64,000 nucleotides of DNA from positions 51,831-115,830 of the forward strand of contig CALZHP010000002.1 of the NCBI GenBank assembly GCA_945787325.1, given 5' to 3'. This stretch comes from an uncultured Desulfobulbaceae bacterium. GTDB taxonomy: Bacteria > Desulfobacterota > Desulfobulbia > Desulfobulbales > BM004. Shown here piece after piece: positions 49,904-60,125 of the stretch. The notes below the pieces were generated by a model. That model was not told the origin of the DNA. It saw only the letters and a program-made list of their open reading frames with translations, and searched no databases. The position numbers and the translations under genes were made by a program. How positions within the stretch are numbered: position 1 is the first letter of the stretch; each line of letters begins with the position of its first letter.

Positions 49904-50548
49904 ATGTCAGATAAGGAATTTTGTCCAGCTTCCGGCGGTAAATATCCTTCTGATTGCGAGTTGACGGAGGCCCTTAGGAATAAGGCTATGTCGAGACAAA
50001 AGGTCGATGAGCGTGGCTATTTATGGAAATCCTGCTTACCCAAGGCAGAACCTGTTAAACTTCTCCTGCTGGATGTTGATGGAGTACTCACCGATGGCAC
50101 CATTACATACACTCATGAGGGGACGGAATTAAAATCATTTAATACCCAGGACGGATTGGGTATCAGGTTGCTCCAGGAGATAGGTGTTGAGGTAGGCCTT
50201 ATTACGGCCCGCCGTTCTGAAGCCGTCACAAGAAGGGCGCAAGACCTTGGCTTGAAGCATGTATACCAGAAGGCAGGCCAAAAACTGGAAGTTTTTGAAA
50301 AACTTCTTGCAGAGCTTGATCTTACGCCAGAAGAGGTTGCCTATATGGGAGACGACTGGCTCGACTTACCGTTGCTGACCCGGGTAGGTTTTTCATCAAC
50401 GGTTGCCAATGGTGTTCCCGAGGTGCAAAAGGTTGTTGATTTCGTCACAAAAAGGTCCGGAGGAAAGGGGGCAGTTCGCGAACTTTGCAACCTGATCCTG
50501 GCGGCTAAGGGAAAGGACAGAGAACTACTTGAAAGGTATTTGAAATGA
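49904..50548 (+). CDS. kdsC: KDO 8-phosphate phosphatase with N-terminal extension
   Basis: DVDGVLTDG, FNTQDGLG, GDDWLD, GGKGAVRE. Confidence 0.93.
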   Translation: MSDKEFCPASGGKYPSDCELTEALRNKAMSRQKVDERGYLWKSCLPKAEPVKLLLLDVDGVLTDGTITYTHEGTELKSFNTQDGLGIRLLQEIGVEVGLITARRSEAVTRRAQDLGLKHVYQKAGQKLEVFEKLLAELDLTPEEVAYMGDDWLDLPLLTRVGFSSTVANGVPEVQKVVDFVTKRSGGKGAVRELCNLILAAKGKDRELLERYLK

Positions 50549-51126
50549 TTCACGGAATAAGAAACATTTTATGGATTCTTCCCCTGCTGCTTTTAGTAAC
50601 ATCACCTCTCTGGAAGCAGGCCTTCACAGATTTCCTCAAGCCAAGAGGTGACTTTATTGCCTCAGCAGATCAGCTTTCCGTCCGTTCAAGAACTTTTTCC
50701 ATGGAAGATGTACAGATGGTGCAAAGCAGCAAGGGCAAGGATAAATGGCATGTTGATGTTAAATATCTGTTTACCAAAGAAGATAAAGAGGACCAGTTGC
50801 AGTTGCAGGATGTGTCTGCAGTGTTTTATGGCAGCAAAAAGGGTCCAGGTGGGGAAATGCGTACTAAAATTGACAGCGGAGAGGGGATTTTTGATACTAA
50901 ACAGAAAATCCTGACTCTGAGCGATGGTGTTACATTAAAGCCTGAAAACGGCAATGAACTGAGGACCAGGGTTCTCCAATACAATGAAAAAGGGAGAAAG
51001 ATTGAGGCCTCATCAGGTGTCAGCATCAAGAGTGATAACTTTTATGTGCGCGGTCAGAATATGGAATATGATCCTGATACAGGGGATTTCAAGGTGAGCG
51101 GTAGCGTAGTCGGAAGGGCCTGGTAA
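50545..51126 (+). CDS. lptC: LPS export periplasmic protein LptC
   Basis: N-terminal TM anchor, beta-rich periplasmic domain, position after kdsC. Confidence 0.75.
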   Translation: MIHGIRNILWILPLLLLVTSPLWKQAFTDFLKPRGDFIASADQLSVRSRTFSMEDVQMVQSSKGKDKWHVDVKYLFTKEDKEDQLQLQDVSAVFYGSKKGPGGEMRTKIDSGEGIFDTKQKILTLSDGVTLKPENGNELRTRVLQYNEKGRKIEASSGVSIKSDNFYVRGQNMEYDPDTGDFKVSGSVVGRAW

Positions 51127-51129
51127 TAT

Positions 51130-51930
51130 TTAAGTGACAGAATTCAACAGCTTAAGAGCGTTTTCCCGTAGAATGAGTTTTTCCAGTTTGTCCCCAAGCT
51201 TCAACCCCTTAACCATTTCATATGTTTCCTGCTGACTCGACCATGGTGAATCTGTCGCAAATAATAAGTGCTCACCTGAGTGTTTGAAAATTATTTCACG
51301 GGCTTTTTCTTTGTCGAGCTGATCCAGTGTATATGAAATGTCCATGTATACCTGTTTGCCGGCAAGAATATCAGATACTTCATCCCAGAGCTCCCATGCT
51401 CCCAAATGGGTAGTAACAAGCTTCATTTCAGGAAAACGTGTAATGACGTTCATGATTCTTTCCGGATCAGCAAGCCTCGTGCGTGGAAAAGCTATATCAA
51501 AACCGGTATGCATTACTAGAATCAAGTTTTCTTCGGTAATCACCTCATAGGCACGCATTAGTCGTTCTTCGTCCAGATAAAAATCTTGATAGTACGGATG
51601 CATTTTGATGCCCTTGAATCCTTCTGCCTTTATCTGCCTTATCCGGCTGGCGACATTGGAATCGGCTGGGTGGAATGAAGGAAAAGGTATCAGCCTCTCA
51701 GACCTGATTTCTTTCGACCAGGATAGGATTGAGGAAAATTGTGAAGGTTTGGTGGCTATGGAACAGATAACACTTTTTTCGACGCCTGCCTTGTCCATGG
51801 AAGCCAGTAGAGAAGCAACAGTGCCATTAAGATGTGCTTTAACATTGCCTTCCTGTTCGAGATATGGAACGGCATTTTTTGCAAGCTCATCCGGAAACAC
51901 ATGGGTGTGAAAATCTATAATACCTGTCAT
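51130..51930 (-). CDS. Amidohydrolase-2 family metallohydrolase
   Basis: IDFHTH, GIKMHP, HTG, HLG, LFATDSPW. Confidence 0.88.
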   Translation of the reverse strand: MTGIIDFHTHVFPDELAKNAVPYLEQEGNVKAHLNGTVASLLASMDKAGVEKSVICSIATKPSQFSSILSWSKEIRSERLIPFPSFHPADSNVASRIRQIKAEGFKGIKMHPYYQDFYLDEERLMRAYEVITEENLILVMHTGFDIAFPRTRLADPERIMNVITRFPEMKLVTTHLGAWELWDEVSDILAGKQVYMDISYTLDQLDKEKAREIIFKHSGEHLLFATDSPWSSQQETYEMVKGLKLGDKLEKLILRENALKLLNSVT

Positions 51931-52159
51931 AATAAAGTTTTCCGCTAAATCTTCAATTTGAAGGAATTAATTTTTTTGTCGTGCAGAAGCAGCAGTTAGG
52001 GTATAGTATTATGATTGATGCTGTTAACTGCCTGATAAAACTGCCGAATTACAAAAAATCCTGGCCTGTCCAGTTGTGATCATTGGGCCCAGCAAAAGCG
52101 GCACTATACCAGCCTCCAATCAGAATAAGCAATATATAAACAACAAAACAGGTGCGTAA

Positions 52160-52885
52160 ATGTCGAAGAAAAATATTCCTCTGGAAGAAAGAATTATTTT
52201 GGCACTGGATATTGATAATCCTAAAAAGGCCAAAGAAATTGTCAAAAAAACAGAGGCGCGCATCCATTTTTACAAAGTTGGGCTGCAGCTATTTCTGGCG
52301 GGTGGATTTGATATAATCGAATGGATAAGAGGCAGGGGCCATAAAATAATGGTCGACCTGAAATTTTTTGATATACCTGAAACTGTTAAACTCGCTGTAG
52401 CACAGCTAAATGACCGCGGAGTTACATTTGCAACAGTGCACGGTAATGATCCAATTATACGGGCCGCAGTTGAAGCAAAAGGTGATGTCGGCTTGCTTGC
52501 TGTTACCGTTCTTACCAGTTTTGGCGAAGAAGATATGCGGGAGATGGGCATGACAAAAAGTATAGAGGATCTTGTTTATTTTCGCGCTAAAAGAGCTCTG
52601 GAGCTTGGTTGTGACGGCGTCGTCTCCTCAGGGCTTGAGGCCGCTCGTCTTCGTGAAAACCTCGGTGATAAACTTATGATTGTAACTCCGGGAATAAGGC
52701 CAGGAGCCAATGTTTACGATAACAGTGACGACCAGAAACGAATAGTTACCTCCCGTGAGGCCATTTTAAGCGGGGTTGACTATGTGGTAGTCGGAAGGCC
52801 GATAACCAAAGCCGTTGATCCGCTTTCGGTTATAGCAACACTCCAACAGGGAATTTCCGATGGTTTAGAGGACATAACGAAATAA
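52160..52885 (+). CDS. pyrF: Orotidine-5'-phosphate decarboxylase
   Basis: ALD, KVG, DLKFFDIPET, VTVLTS, TPGIR, DDQKR, VGRPI. Confidence 0.97.
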   Translation: MSKKNIPLEERIILALDIDNPKKAKEIVKKTEARIHFYKVGLQLFLAGGFDIIEWIRGRGHKIMVDLKFFDIPETVKLAVAQLNDRGVTFATVHGNDPIIRAAVEAKGDVGLLAVTVLTSFGEEDMREMGMTKSIEDLVYFRAKRALELGCDGVVSSGLEAARLRENLGDKLMIVTPGIRPGANVYDNSDDQKRIVTSREAILSGVDYVVVGRPITKAVDPLSVIATLQQGISDGLEDITK

Positions 52886-53317
52886 TCCCTGCAGAACTAC
52901 AAAACTGTAAATTCCTGCAACCACATCGTCGAGCATGATTCCGACCCCTCCCTGGATCCTTCTGTCGAGCCATCCTGCAGGAAAAGGCTTCATAATATCA
53001 AATACCCTGAAGAGAAGAAAACCGATAATTAATGGAAGAATACCGGGTGGTGCCGCAATCATCGTTATCAGCATACCAACAATTTCGTCGATAACAACTG
53101 GGCCGGGATCCTTTTTGTCCAGTATTTTTTCGACAGAGCCTGCAGCGAAGAATCCTACGACCAGAAGAACGGCTATCAGGATACAGTAAGTCGGCAGAGA
53201 AAGACCTTTTATGAGAAAATATATTGCAAGTCCTACCAGAGAACCCCATGTGCCTGGAGCATAGGGCAAAAATCCCGAGTAGAATCCTGTCGCTATTATC
53301 ATGAGTATTGTTGTCAT
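52865..53317 (-). CDS. pgpA: Phosphatidylglycerophosphatase A
   Basis: APGTWGS, DPGPVVIDEIVG, FRVFDIMKPFP, GIMLDDVVAG. Confidence 0.96.
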   Translation of the reverse strand: MTTILMIIATGFYSGFLPYAPGTWGSLVGLAIYFLIKGLSLPTYCILIAVLLVVGFFAAGSVEKILDKKDPGPVVIDEIVGMLITMIAAPPGILPLIIGFLLFRVFDIMKPFPAGWLDRRIQGGVGIMLDDVVAGIYSFVVLQGLFRYVL

Positions 53318-53473
53318 TGTTTACGTATCAAGAAAGTAGTTTTAAATCAGCAGTATAGTATTTAGAAGGCTTTCAATATAATTTTAGCCTGGCCAGGGCA
53401 TGAGACTAAGGAATCAGGGGGCAGGTAAGAAACTTAAAGGATCGGGTTTGGGATGTCTGTGTTAAATCTTCTA

Positions 53474-53542
53474 GCCCTGTGCCCTACGCCTTATGCCTTA
53501 CGCCTTTCAGTTAATCATTCTTCAATCTTCATTATTCATTCC
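53474..53542. repeat. Short tandem heptamer repeats
   Basis: GCCCTGT GCCCTAC GCCTTAT GCCTTAC GCCTTTC (53474-53508) and TCATTCT TCAATCT TCATTAT TCATTCC (53515-53542). Confidence 0.7.
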
Positions 53543-54727
53543 AAAGCCTCTCACCTCATCATATACCCGTTTCAGACTCACTTTGTGCTTTTGGGCAATT
53601 TTACGGCATTCTTCATACTCGGGATAGAGTACCGGACCCTCTGGAGTCTGGACCTTCTTCACATGCATCGGCCCCCACGTTGAATCAATTGTTATTATTT
53701 CCCTAGGAAGGGTCATGCGTTTTTCTGTGCGATAACGAAGGCCGATAGCTGTCGTTTCAGAGAGAATAATTTTTTTAATTTCATAGGCATGGGCTGGATG
53801 GCAAATAACTTGAAGTGAAAATCCGGGCCGTCCCTTTTTCATATGAACCGGAAATACGCTGGCATCAAGTGCACCAGCAGTAAACAGGAGGTCGAAGAGA
53901 TATGGAAAACCTTCCGGGGTCCAATCATCAATATTGGTTTCGATCACCTCAACTTCCTGGGACTCATCCACCTGATGCGACATACCAATTATTAAGCGTA
54001 AAACGTTAGGTCGGCCATCTGATAGCTTGTGGCTGCCGGCCCCGTATCCGGTTGCTTTTATTTGCATGGCCGGCATAGGGCCAAAATTACTCCCTAAGGT
54101 TTTTGCAATTGCTGCACCAGTGGGGGTTACCAGCTCCTGTTGCAGCTCAGTACCATATACCGGTGTGTCCCGCAGGATTTCGCAAACTGCAGGAGCCGGC
54201 AGGGGTAAAAGCCCATGATCGCATAATACGAACCCTTGTGACATTGGCAGGGGAGAAATATCCAGCCTGTCGATATTTAAATATTCAAGGCCTATGGCGG
54301 TGCCAACAATGTCTATGATGGAATCAACAGCACCCACTTCATGAAAATGTACATCATCGATTTTGCACCCGTGAACTTTTGCTTCTGCTGTCGCAAGCTG
54401 CAAAAACACGGCGTGAGATTTATCTTTTACGGTATTTTGCAACGTACTCTGTTTTATGAGTTTTTGAATAGTTTTCCAGGTTCGGTGTGGCTGGTCTTTT
54501 TCTACACTGATTCTAACGTGACAAGCCTTAATAGCGTTTTCAGTTGTTTCTGAAGTTTCAAGCTGCCATCCTTCAACATCAAGCAATGTGAGTTGTTCTT
54601 TCAGTTTGCTGACGGGCAGGCCGGCATTAATGAGGGCTCCAAGGAACATGTCGCCACTTATACCGGCAAAGCAGTCAGCATACGCAATGGTTGTGTCACC
54701 GGATTGTGATTTAGATGAAGAGCTCAT
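53522..54727 (-). CDS. larC: Nickel-pincer cofactor nickel insertase LarC
   Basis: DCFAGISGDMFLGAL, HFHEVGAVDSIIDI, ELVTPTGAA, ETNIDD, MKKGRPG, PEYEEC. Confidence 0.96.
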   Translation of the reverse strand: MSSSSKSQSGDTTIAYADCFAGISGDMFLGALINAGLPVSKLKEQLTLLDVEGWQLETSETTENAIKACHVRISVEKDQPHRTWKTIQKLIKQSTLQNTVKDKSHAVFLQLATAEAKVHGCKIDDVHFHEVGAVDSIIDIVGTAIGLEYLNIDRLDISPLPMSQGFVLCDHGLLPLPAPAVCEILRDTPVYGTELQQELVTPTGAAIAKTLGSNFGPMPAMQIKATGYGAGSHKLSDGRPNVLRLIIGMSHQVDESQEVEVIETNIDDWTPEGFPYLFDLLFTAGALDASVFPVHMKKGRPGFSLQVICHPAHAYEIKKIILSETTAIGLRYRTEKRMTLPREIITIDSTWGPMHVKKVQTPEGPVLYPEYEECRKIAQKHKVSLKRVYDEVRGFGMNNED

Positions 54728-54859
54728 ATTCTTTTATTGAAATTTTTGCTTAGCCATCCCAATACTTTTTACGATAGCATCAATATTGGGTGTGGATTGA
54801 GATTTCAGGCTCCAAGTTACAAACAGAGGGGGCAGGGTGCAAGTGTAAAGATGTGCTTC

Positions 54860-55627
54860 TTAGTTTTCAGAAGATGATTTTGAGTTTCCTCCTGAATGAG
54901 TAGAGTTGTTCTCCAGGTTATATAAGTTCAGGCGGGTCATAATTTGTTTGTGAAAGATGATGCAAGGAAGTGCAACAGCGAGAGAGGCAATAATCAAAAT
55001 CAGCAGGTTACTGAAATCTTTCTCATATACATGGGCACCCTGGAAAGAAAGCATGAGAGTGCCCGGCATTCGAGCAATGGCTGCAATGAATAGAAAAGCC
55101 CGGAAAGGCATGAGGCTGAGCCCCAATATATACGAAAGGATATCTTTAGGAAATCCTGGCAGGAGAAACAGTACGAAAGGAATGACAAAATCACTTTTAT
55201 AAACAAGATGGTTAAATTTCTGATATGTGACCGTTTCCTTTATTCTAATTTTAAAGGCATCGCCAAAGATTCGTCCTAATGCAAAAGCAGTAGCTGACCC
55301 AAAGGTAAGCCCAATCGATGAAAAAAGAAAACCGGGCCAGGCACCAAACAGGTAGCCACCAAGAAATCCACTTGCTTCTCCTGGAACAGGTGCCATAACA
55401 ACCTGCAAAACCTGTAGAATCATAAAGAGCAGCGGGGCAAGTGGACCATGCGCAAGGATCGAAGCTCGCAGGCTAGTGCCATTGTCTAAAACCTGTTCGA
55501 GATGAAAAAGAGCTTTGTAAAGAAGTGTGTCGCCCCATGCACTACGGAAGAAGAGGGCGAGTAGGGCAGTGATTGCGAGGACGGCAAGAAGAATCCAGAA
55601 AAGTTTGCGTGCGGGCTTCTGTTCCAT
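54860..55627 (-). CDS. TVP38/TMEM64 (DedA/VTT) family membrane protein
   Basis: LQVVMAPVPGE, GGYLFG, LPGFPKDILSY, RMPG; start moved to MEQKP. Confidence 0.9.
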   Translation of the reverse strand: MEQKPARKLFWILLAVLAITALLALFFRSAWGDTLLYKALFHLEQVLDNGTSLRASILAHGPLAPLLFMILQVLQVVMAPVPGEASGFLGGYLFGAWPGFLFSSIGLTFGSATAFALGRIFGDAFKIRIKETVTYQKFNHLVYKSDFVIPFVLFLLPGFPKDILSYILGLSLMPFRAFLFIAAIARMPGTLMLSFQGAHVYEKDFSNLLILIIASLAVALPCIIFHKQIMTRLNLYNLENNSTHSGGNSKSSSEN

Positions 55628-55658
55628 TATGCAGAGACACTCGATGGATTGATTTATG

Positions 55659-56639
55659 TTATCCCAGCTTTGTTCCTCTTTCAAGCTGATGGCCACGCAG
55701 ATATGCATCAACTGTCATGCGTCTGGAGTTTTCAGGCTGAATTTCCCTGACTCGCAAGTATCCTTCACCTGTGGTAACGAGAAGTCCATTTGCATTCGCA
55801 CTGTGAACAGTTCCCGGCTCAAGGCTGCCTGCAACTGCTTGGGCTGAGGTTTGCATACCGAGATCCGGATTGTCAACAACTGTAGGGTTGAATATACGCA
55901 GACGCTTGTCATTTAACAATGTATAAGTACATGGCCAGGGATCAAGACCCCGTATAAGACAGCTTATTTCGGAAGCAGATTTTGACCAATCTACAAGACC
56001 CAGTTCTTTGGTAAGTGGAGGAGCCAGTGTTGCATGGCTGTCATCTTGAGGAGTGGGGAAAAGCTTATTGCCCTTCATAAGATCAAGTGCTTTCGCCATT
56101 GTACTAGCGCCAAGCTCTGAAATTTTCACTGCCATGGTGGCACTGGTATCCTGCCGTTCTACATCAATTTTTTCAACCAGCAGTATATCCCCTGTGTCGA
56201 GCCCTTCATCCATTTGCATAATGGTTACACCGGTTTCCGTTTCTCCATTAATAATAGCCCACTGGATTGGCGCCGCTCCACGGTATTTGGGCAGTAAAGA
56301 GGCGTGTACGTTAATAGTCCCTTGTGAAGGAAGATTTATAATGTGGCCTGGCAGTATTCGTCCATATGCCACAACAATGATAAGATCAGGTGATAATTTT
56401 TTCATCTTAACGAGAAATTCATCGCCCCTGATTTTGGTGGGCTGCATTACCGGAATGTCGTTGTTTTCTGCCAATATTTTAACTGGTGGGGCAGTTAGCT
56501 TTCTGCCCCTGCCCTTGGGTCTGTCCGGCTGAGTGACAACGCCTACAATATGTTCTTTCCTTTTTATGAGGGTATCAAGGGTTGGAACGGCAAAGTCCGG
56601 GGTTCCCATAAAGACAATGCGCAAATCATTTGTTGTCAT
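55659..56639 (-). CDS. fmt: Methionyl-tRNA formyltransferase
   Basis: FMGTPDFA, TQPDRPKGRG, NVHASLLPKYRGAAPIQ, DEGLDTGD. Confidence 0.98.
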   Translation of the reverse strand: MTTNDLRIVFMGTPDFAVPTLDTLIKRKEHIVGVVTQPDRPKGRGRKLTAPPVKILAENNDIPVMQPTKIRGDEFLVKMKKLSPDLIIVVAYGRILPGHIINLPSQGTINVHASLLPKYRGAAPIQWAIINGETETGVTIMQMDEGLDTGDILLVEKIDVERQDTSATMAVKISELGASTMAKALDLMKGNKLFPTPQDDSHATLAPPLTKELGLVDWSKSASEISCLIRGLDPWPCTYTLLNDKRLRIFNPTVVDNPDLGMQTSAQAVAGSLEPGTVHSANANGLLVTTGEGYLRVREIQPENSRRMTVDAYLRGHQLERGTKLG

Positions 56640-57159
56640 TAGCAGCCTGTTTTTCTTTTAGGATTTTTTTGAGCTTCTTCTTATATAGAGCACGTTTAAG
56701 TGAGCTTATGTGGTCAATAAAAAGTACACCGTTCAAATGGTCCACCTCGTGCTGGATGACTCTGGCAAAATGATCTTCCGCTTCAAATTCAGTAACCTTG
56801 CCATCAGGGCTTTGGGCTTTAACCCGTATTTTTTGATACCTTTTTACATCCGCAGAAAAATCCACAACACTCAAACACCCTTCCTCGCCTACCTGAGACC
56901 CTTCGCAATCTGATATTTCAGGATTGATAAGTGCGAGAAATTCCCTTTTATCTTCATCCGTTGATGAAGGCATGTCGATGATTACTACCTGAATGGAAAT
57001 TCCAATCTGGTTAGCAGCAAGTCCTGCCCCGGGAGCGTCATACATTGTTTCGGCAAGATCATTGATGAGCTCTTTGAGACTTTCGTCAAATTCAATTACT
57101 GGTTTTGTTTTTTGACGCAATAAAGGATTCGGGTATTTTATGATTTCTTTTATGGCCAT
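56626..57159 (-). CDS. def: Peptide deformylase
   Basis: GAGLAANQ, EGCLS, QHEVDHLNG. Confidence 0.98.
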   Translation of the reverse strand: MAIKEIIKYPNPLLRQKTKPVIEFDESLKELINDLAETMYDAPGAGLAANQIGISIQVVIIDMPSSTDEDKREFLALINPEISDCEGSQVGEEGCLSVVDFSADVKRYQKIRVKAQSPDGKVTEFEAEDHFARVIQHEVDHLNGVLFIDHISSLKRALYKKKLKKILKEKQAANDNK

Positions 57160-57361
57160 TGTTTTAGATTGAGTGAAATTATTAAGTTTGTATCACGGAA
57201 TTACGACTCACATAATAATAATCATTATCAGTTGAATTGTCATGCAGTGGCTATTGCTCGAGAATCCGGTAACATAAATCAAAACATTTCATTTTGCTAG
57301 GGAAAAGGAATTGTAGCGTAGGGATTGTGTCAATCATCAGCTGTAACTGTAAGCTGATAAT

Positions 57362-57389
57362 AATGAAGAATGAAAAGCGAAAAATGAAT
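57362..57389. repeat. Short tandem heptamer repeats
   Basis: AATGAAG AATGAAA AGCGAAA AATGAAT. Confidence 0.5.
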
Positions 57390-57493
57390 ATTGTAAAACA
57401 TCGACCGCATAGATTGCGATATATTTTCTATAATATTGACATGCCAGACTCGATCCTTTAAGTTTTTCCCTGATTCCTGAGCCCTGAAAAAAT

Positions 57494-58426
57494 ATGACAA
57501 CGAAAGAAAAAATAACAAATATAACTATAAATCAGGATGGCTTACAGCTGCTACAACATCCTGCTCTGCCAGTAGTTCGAATTGTAGAATTTTTATTTCT
57601 TTCCGGTCCTTTTGAGGACATCGAATCTCTTCTGGGAGAGTTGGTAGAGCCAATTGAGACAAATACAGCAACTTATGAAGATCCTGCCGGTATTCTCAAA
57701 AACTATTTGACCACACTTAAAGAGCTGGAGTCGCTAAAGAAGGAAAGCGATAGTATAAGTCCCAAGCAAATTATACTTGATGAAAATCTTAATAAACTGG
57801 AACAGTTTACTGCCACTTCTCTATGGGTAACCCAACAGATACTCACCATGGAGCTTGAGAGAATCAACAGTTTCCTTTGTGGTCCTTGCAACTGTATTCT
57901 CTGTTGTGTAGGACCGGACAGTGATGGTGAAAAATCAAGTGGAGCAGAAAAGCAACAGCATTTTTTTGAAATTCCGCTGACTGAAGCAGAGACAGATCTT
58001 TTTGACTTACCTATAATTTCAACTGAAGAGAGCATTGTTACACACGCCAACGCAGATTTTACACTTCAGTGTGACGGCAAACCTTTTTACGAGACAGGAA
58101 GTGCCATATATAAGTGGCAGAATGGTTGGAGTATGATTCTTCCCCGGGGAGAGGTATGCTCCCATCTTGAAAAATCGAAAGGCGCCTGTCGTATCTATCC
58201 GGAAAGGCCTACAGTTTGTCGCAGACCACAAATTTTCCCCTACGCCCTTGAGAAGACACCTGAACATGATCGCAAAATTGATGGAAATTCTATTCCTGCC
58301 TATGTAAACCGCGGAAAGATTCTCGCCGTTTGGGATTGTCCGTATGTGCGTGAATTAAAGGACGAAATTGCTCTCTATGCGGAAACATGCGGGCTGGAAC
58401 CTGTTTTTATGGAAAATAAGGGATGA
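57494..58426 (+). CDS. YkgJ-like cysteine-cluster protein with N-terminal extension
   Basis: CGPCNCILCC, CSHL..GACRIYPERPTVCRRP, WDCP. Confidence 0.8.
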   Translation: MTTKEKITNITINQDGLQLLQHPALPVVRIVEFLFLSGPFEDIESLLGELVEPIETNTATYEDPAGILKNYLTTLKELESLKKESDSISPKQIILDENLNKLEQFTATSLWVTQQILTMELERINSFLCGPCNCILCCVGPDSDGEKSSGAEKQQHFFEIPLTEAETDLFDLPIISTEESIVTHANADFTLQCDGKPFYETGSAIYKWQNGWSMILPRGEVCSHLEKSKGACRIYPERPTVCRRPQIFPYALEKTPEHDRKIDGNSIPAYVNRGKILAVWDCPYVRELKDEIALYAETCGLEPVFMENKG

Positions 58427-58433
58427 AGATATA

Positions 58434-58571
58434 ATGGTATATGGCATACGGCATTAGGCGCAAGGAAGTTTGCCTACAGCTTGTGTGTAAATGTTTGTAA
58501 TTACATCTGATAGCTGATATGCTCTTTATGAAGTTATTATGAATTTTTCCTAAGCCATTAGCCCTAAGCCC
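58434..58571. repeat. Heptamer repeat arrays between the YkgJ-like gene and plsY
   Basis: ATGGTAT ATGGCAT ACGGCAT TAGGCGC (58434-58461) and TAAGCCA TTAGCCC TAAGCCC (58551-58571). Confidence 0.55.
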
Positions 58572-58573
58572 TA

Positions 58574-59191
58574 ATGAACTATCTCTTCATCTTTCTTTCA
58601 TATCTCATTGGTTCTATCCCATCTGGCCTGTTACTGGCAAAAATTAAGGGTATAGATATTCGTCAATCCGGTAGCGGCAACATAGGTGCTACCAATGTGA
58701 CCCGACAGCTTGGCAAGGCCCTGGGCATTCTTACCCTGATCGCAGATGTTGCCAAGGCGCTGGTTCCCATGCTTGTCGTGCGTTGGTTGCTGCGTGATAC
58801 AGGTGATCATGTGGAGCAGCATTTTATTGTCGCTATGTGCGGTTTTGCTGCTTTCATAGGTCACATTTATCCAATATATCTCAAGTTCAAAGGTGGTAAA
58901 GGTGTGGCAACCGGCCTTGGTATTTTTCTGTATCTTGAACCTGTATCAGTATTGATTGCCCTGGTTGTTTTTGTAGGGGTGGTGTATTTCTCCGGCTATG
59001 TGTCCCTCGGTTCACTCAGTGCGGCAGCGCTCATGCCGGCTGCCATCTGGCTGGTTAATGGAGCACCTGTTAATATTGCCCTGGCTCTGAGTATTGCATT
59101 TTTTATCTGGTTGAAGCACCTGGATAACATCGAACGCCTGCTGCGCAACGAGGAGAACAGTTGGAAAAAGAAAAAGGAACCGGAATCATAA
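58574..59191 (+). CDS. plsY: Glycerol-3-phosphate acyltransferase
   Basis: YLIGSIP, GSGNIGATN, GHIYPI..FKGGKGVAT, HLDNIERL. Confidence 0.97.
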   Translation: MNYLFIFLSYLIGSIPSGLLLAKIKGIDIRQSGSGNIGATNVTRQLGKALGILTLIADVAKALVPMLVVRWLLRDTGDHVEQHFIVAMCGFAAFIGHIYPIYLKFKGGKGVATGLGIFLYLEPVSVLIALVVFVGVVYFSGYVSLGSLSAAALMPAAIWLVNGAPVNIALALSIAFFIWLKHLDNIERLLRNEENSWKKKKEPES

Positions 59192-59349
59192 TAGCCCGGA
59201 ACATGTTAACCTCCTTGTGTTTCCTGCCATTTCATTATATATTCCCTGATCGTTCAACTTGTTGGATTGATTTGCTTTGTTTTCCATAGCCTGAGTTTTT
59301 AGAATGAAGAGCAAGGTTCAATATAAACCAAGTATTAAGCTAACTGCCG

Positions 59350-59988
59350 ATGCTTATGTCATCACAACACAATAATAACCATAAAGAAAACAATAACTGT
59401 GTCCGTCACCATGCATCTGTATCGCGGAACAGACGTGAAAAGCTTAATAACCACAAAAGCGTAAACCTCTGGTTTACAGGTCTTTCGGGTTCAGGTAAGT
59501 CCACCCTGGCTCATGCGGTGGAAGAAGAACTTCATAAGCGCGGTTGCCGCACCTATGTTTTTGACGGAGATAATGTTCGGTATGGCCTGTGTTCTGATCT
59601 CAGTTTCAGCGTGGAGGACCGTTCAGAAAACATCCGCCGCATTGCCGAAATGGTGAAGCTTTTTCTTGATGGCGGTATCATAGCCCTTACCGCATTTATA
59701 TCACCACTTGCCAATGATCGGAAAAAAGTAAGGGATCTTCTGGGTGAAGGTAATTATCTGGAAATCTATTGCAGGTGCCCTCTTGAGGTCTGTGAGGAAC
59801 GCGATGTGAAGGGGCTTTATAAAAAGGCACGTGCCGGTGAGATAAAGAACTACACTGGTATATCGTCACCATACGATGAACCTATAGATGCTGACCTGGT
59901 GCTCGATACCGGTGGTGGTCAGTCATTGGAAGAGTGTGTTGAGATCGTGGTTCAAATGCTGGAGGAAAAAGGAGTATTGACTAAATAG
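59350..59988 (+). CDS. cysC: Adenylyl-sulfate kinase
   Basis: [45 protein letters not shown]. Confidence 0.97.
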   Translation: MLMSSQHNNNHKENNNCVRHHASVSRNRREKLNNHKSVNLWFTGLSGSGKSTLAHAVEEELHKRGCRTYVFDGDNVRYGLCSDLSFSVEDRSENIRRIAEMVKLFLDGGIIALTAFISPLANDRKKVRDLLGEGNYLEIYCRCPLEVCEERDVKGLYKKARAGEIKNYTGISSPYDEPIDADLVLDTGGGQSLEECVEIVVQMLEEKGVLTK

Positions 59989-60125
59989 GCTCGTCGTCAG
60001 GAGAACGGCAGTAATCTGGGAAATAAAGATCAAGTATTTTTCAATGAATACCCGGAGAATAGTTTCCTGGGTTTCCATGCTTGTCGCCAATATTCTGGCA
60101 TGAACTAATATCAGGCAGAAATTGC

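Noticed and set aside
52865-52885. 21-nt convergent overlap of pyrF and pgpA
   Set aside because: Short tail-to-tail overlaps are common and both proteins look complete.
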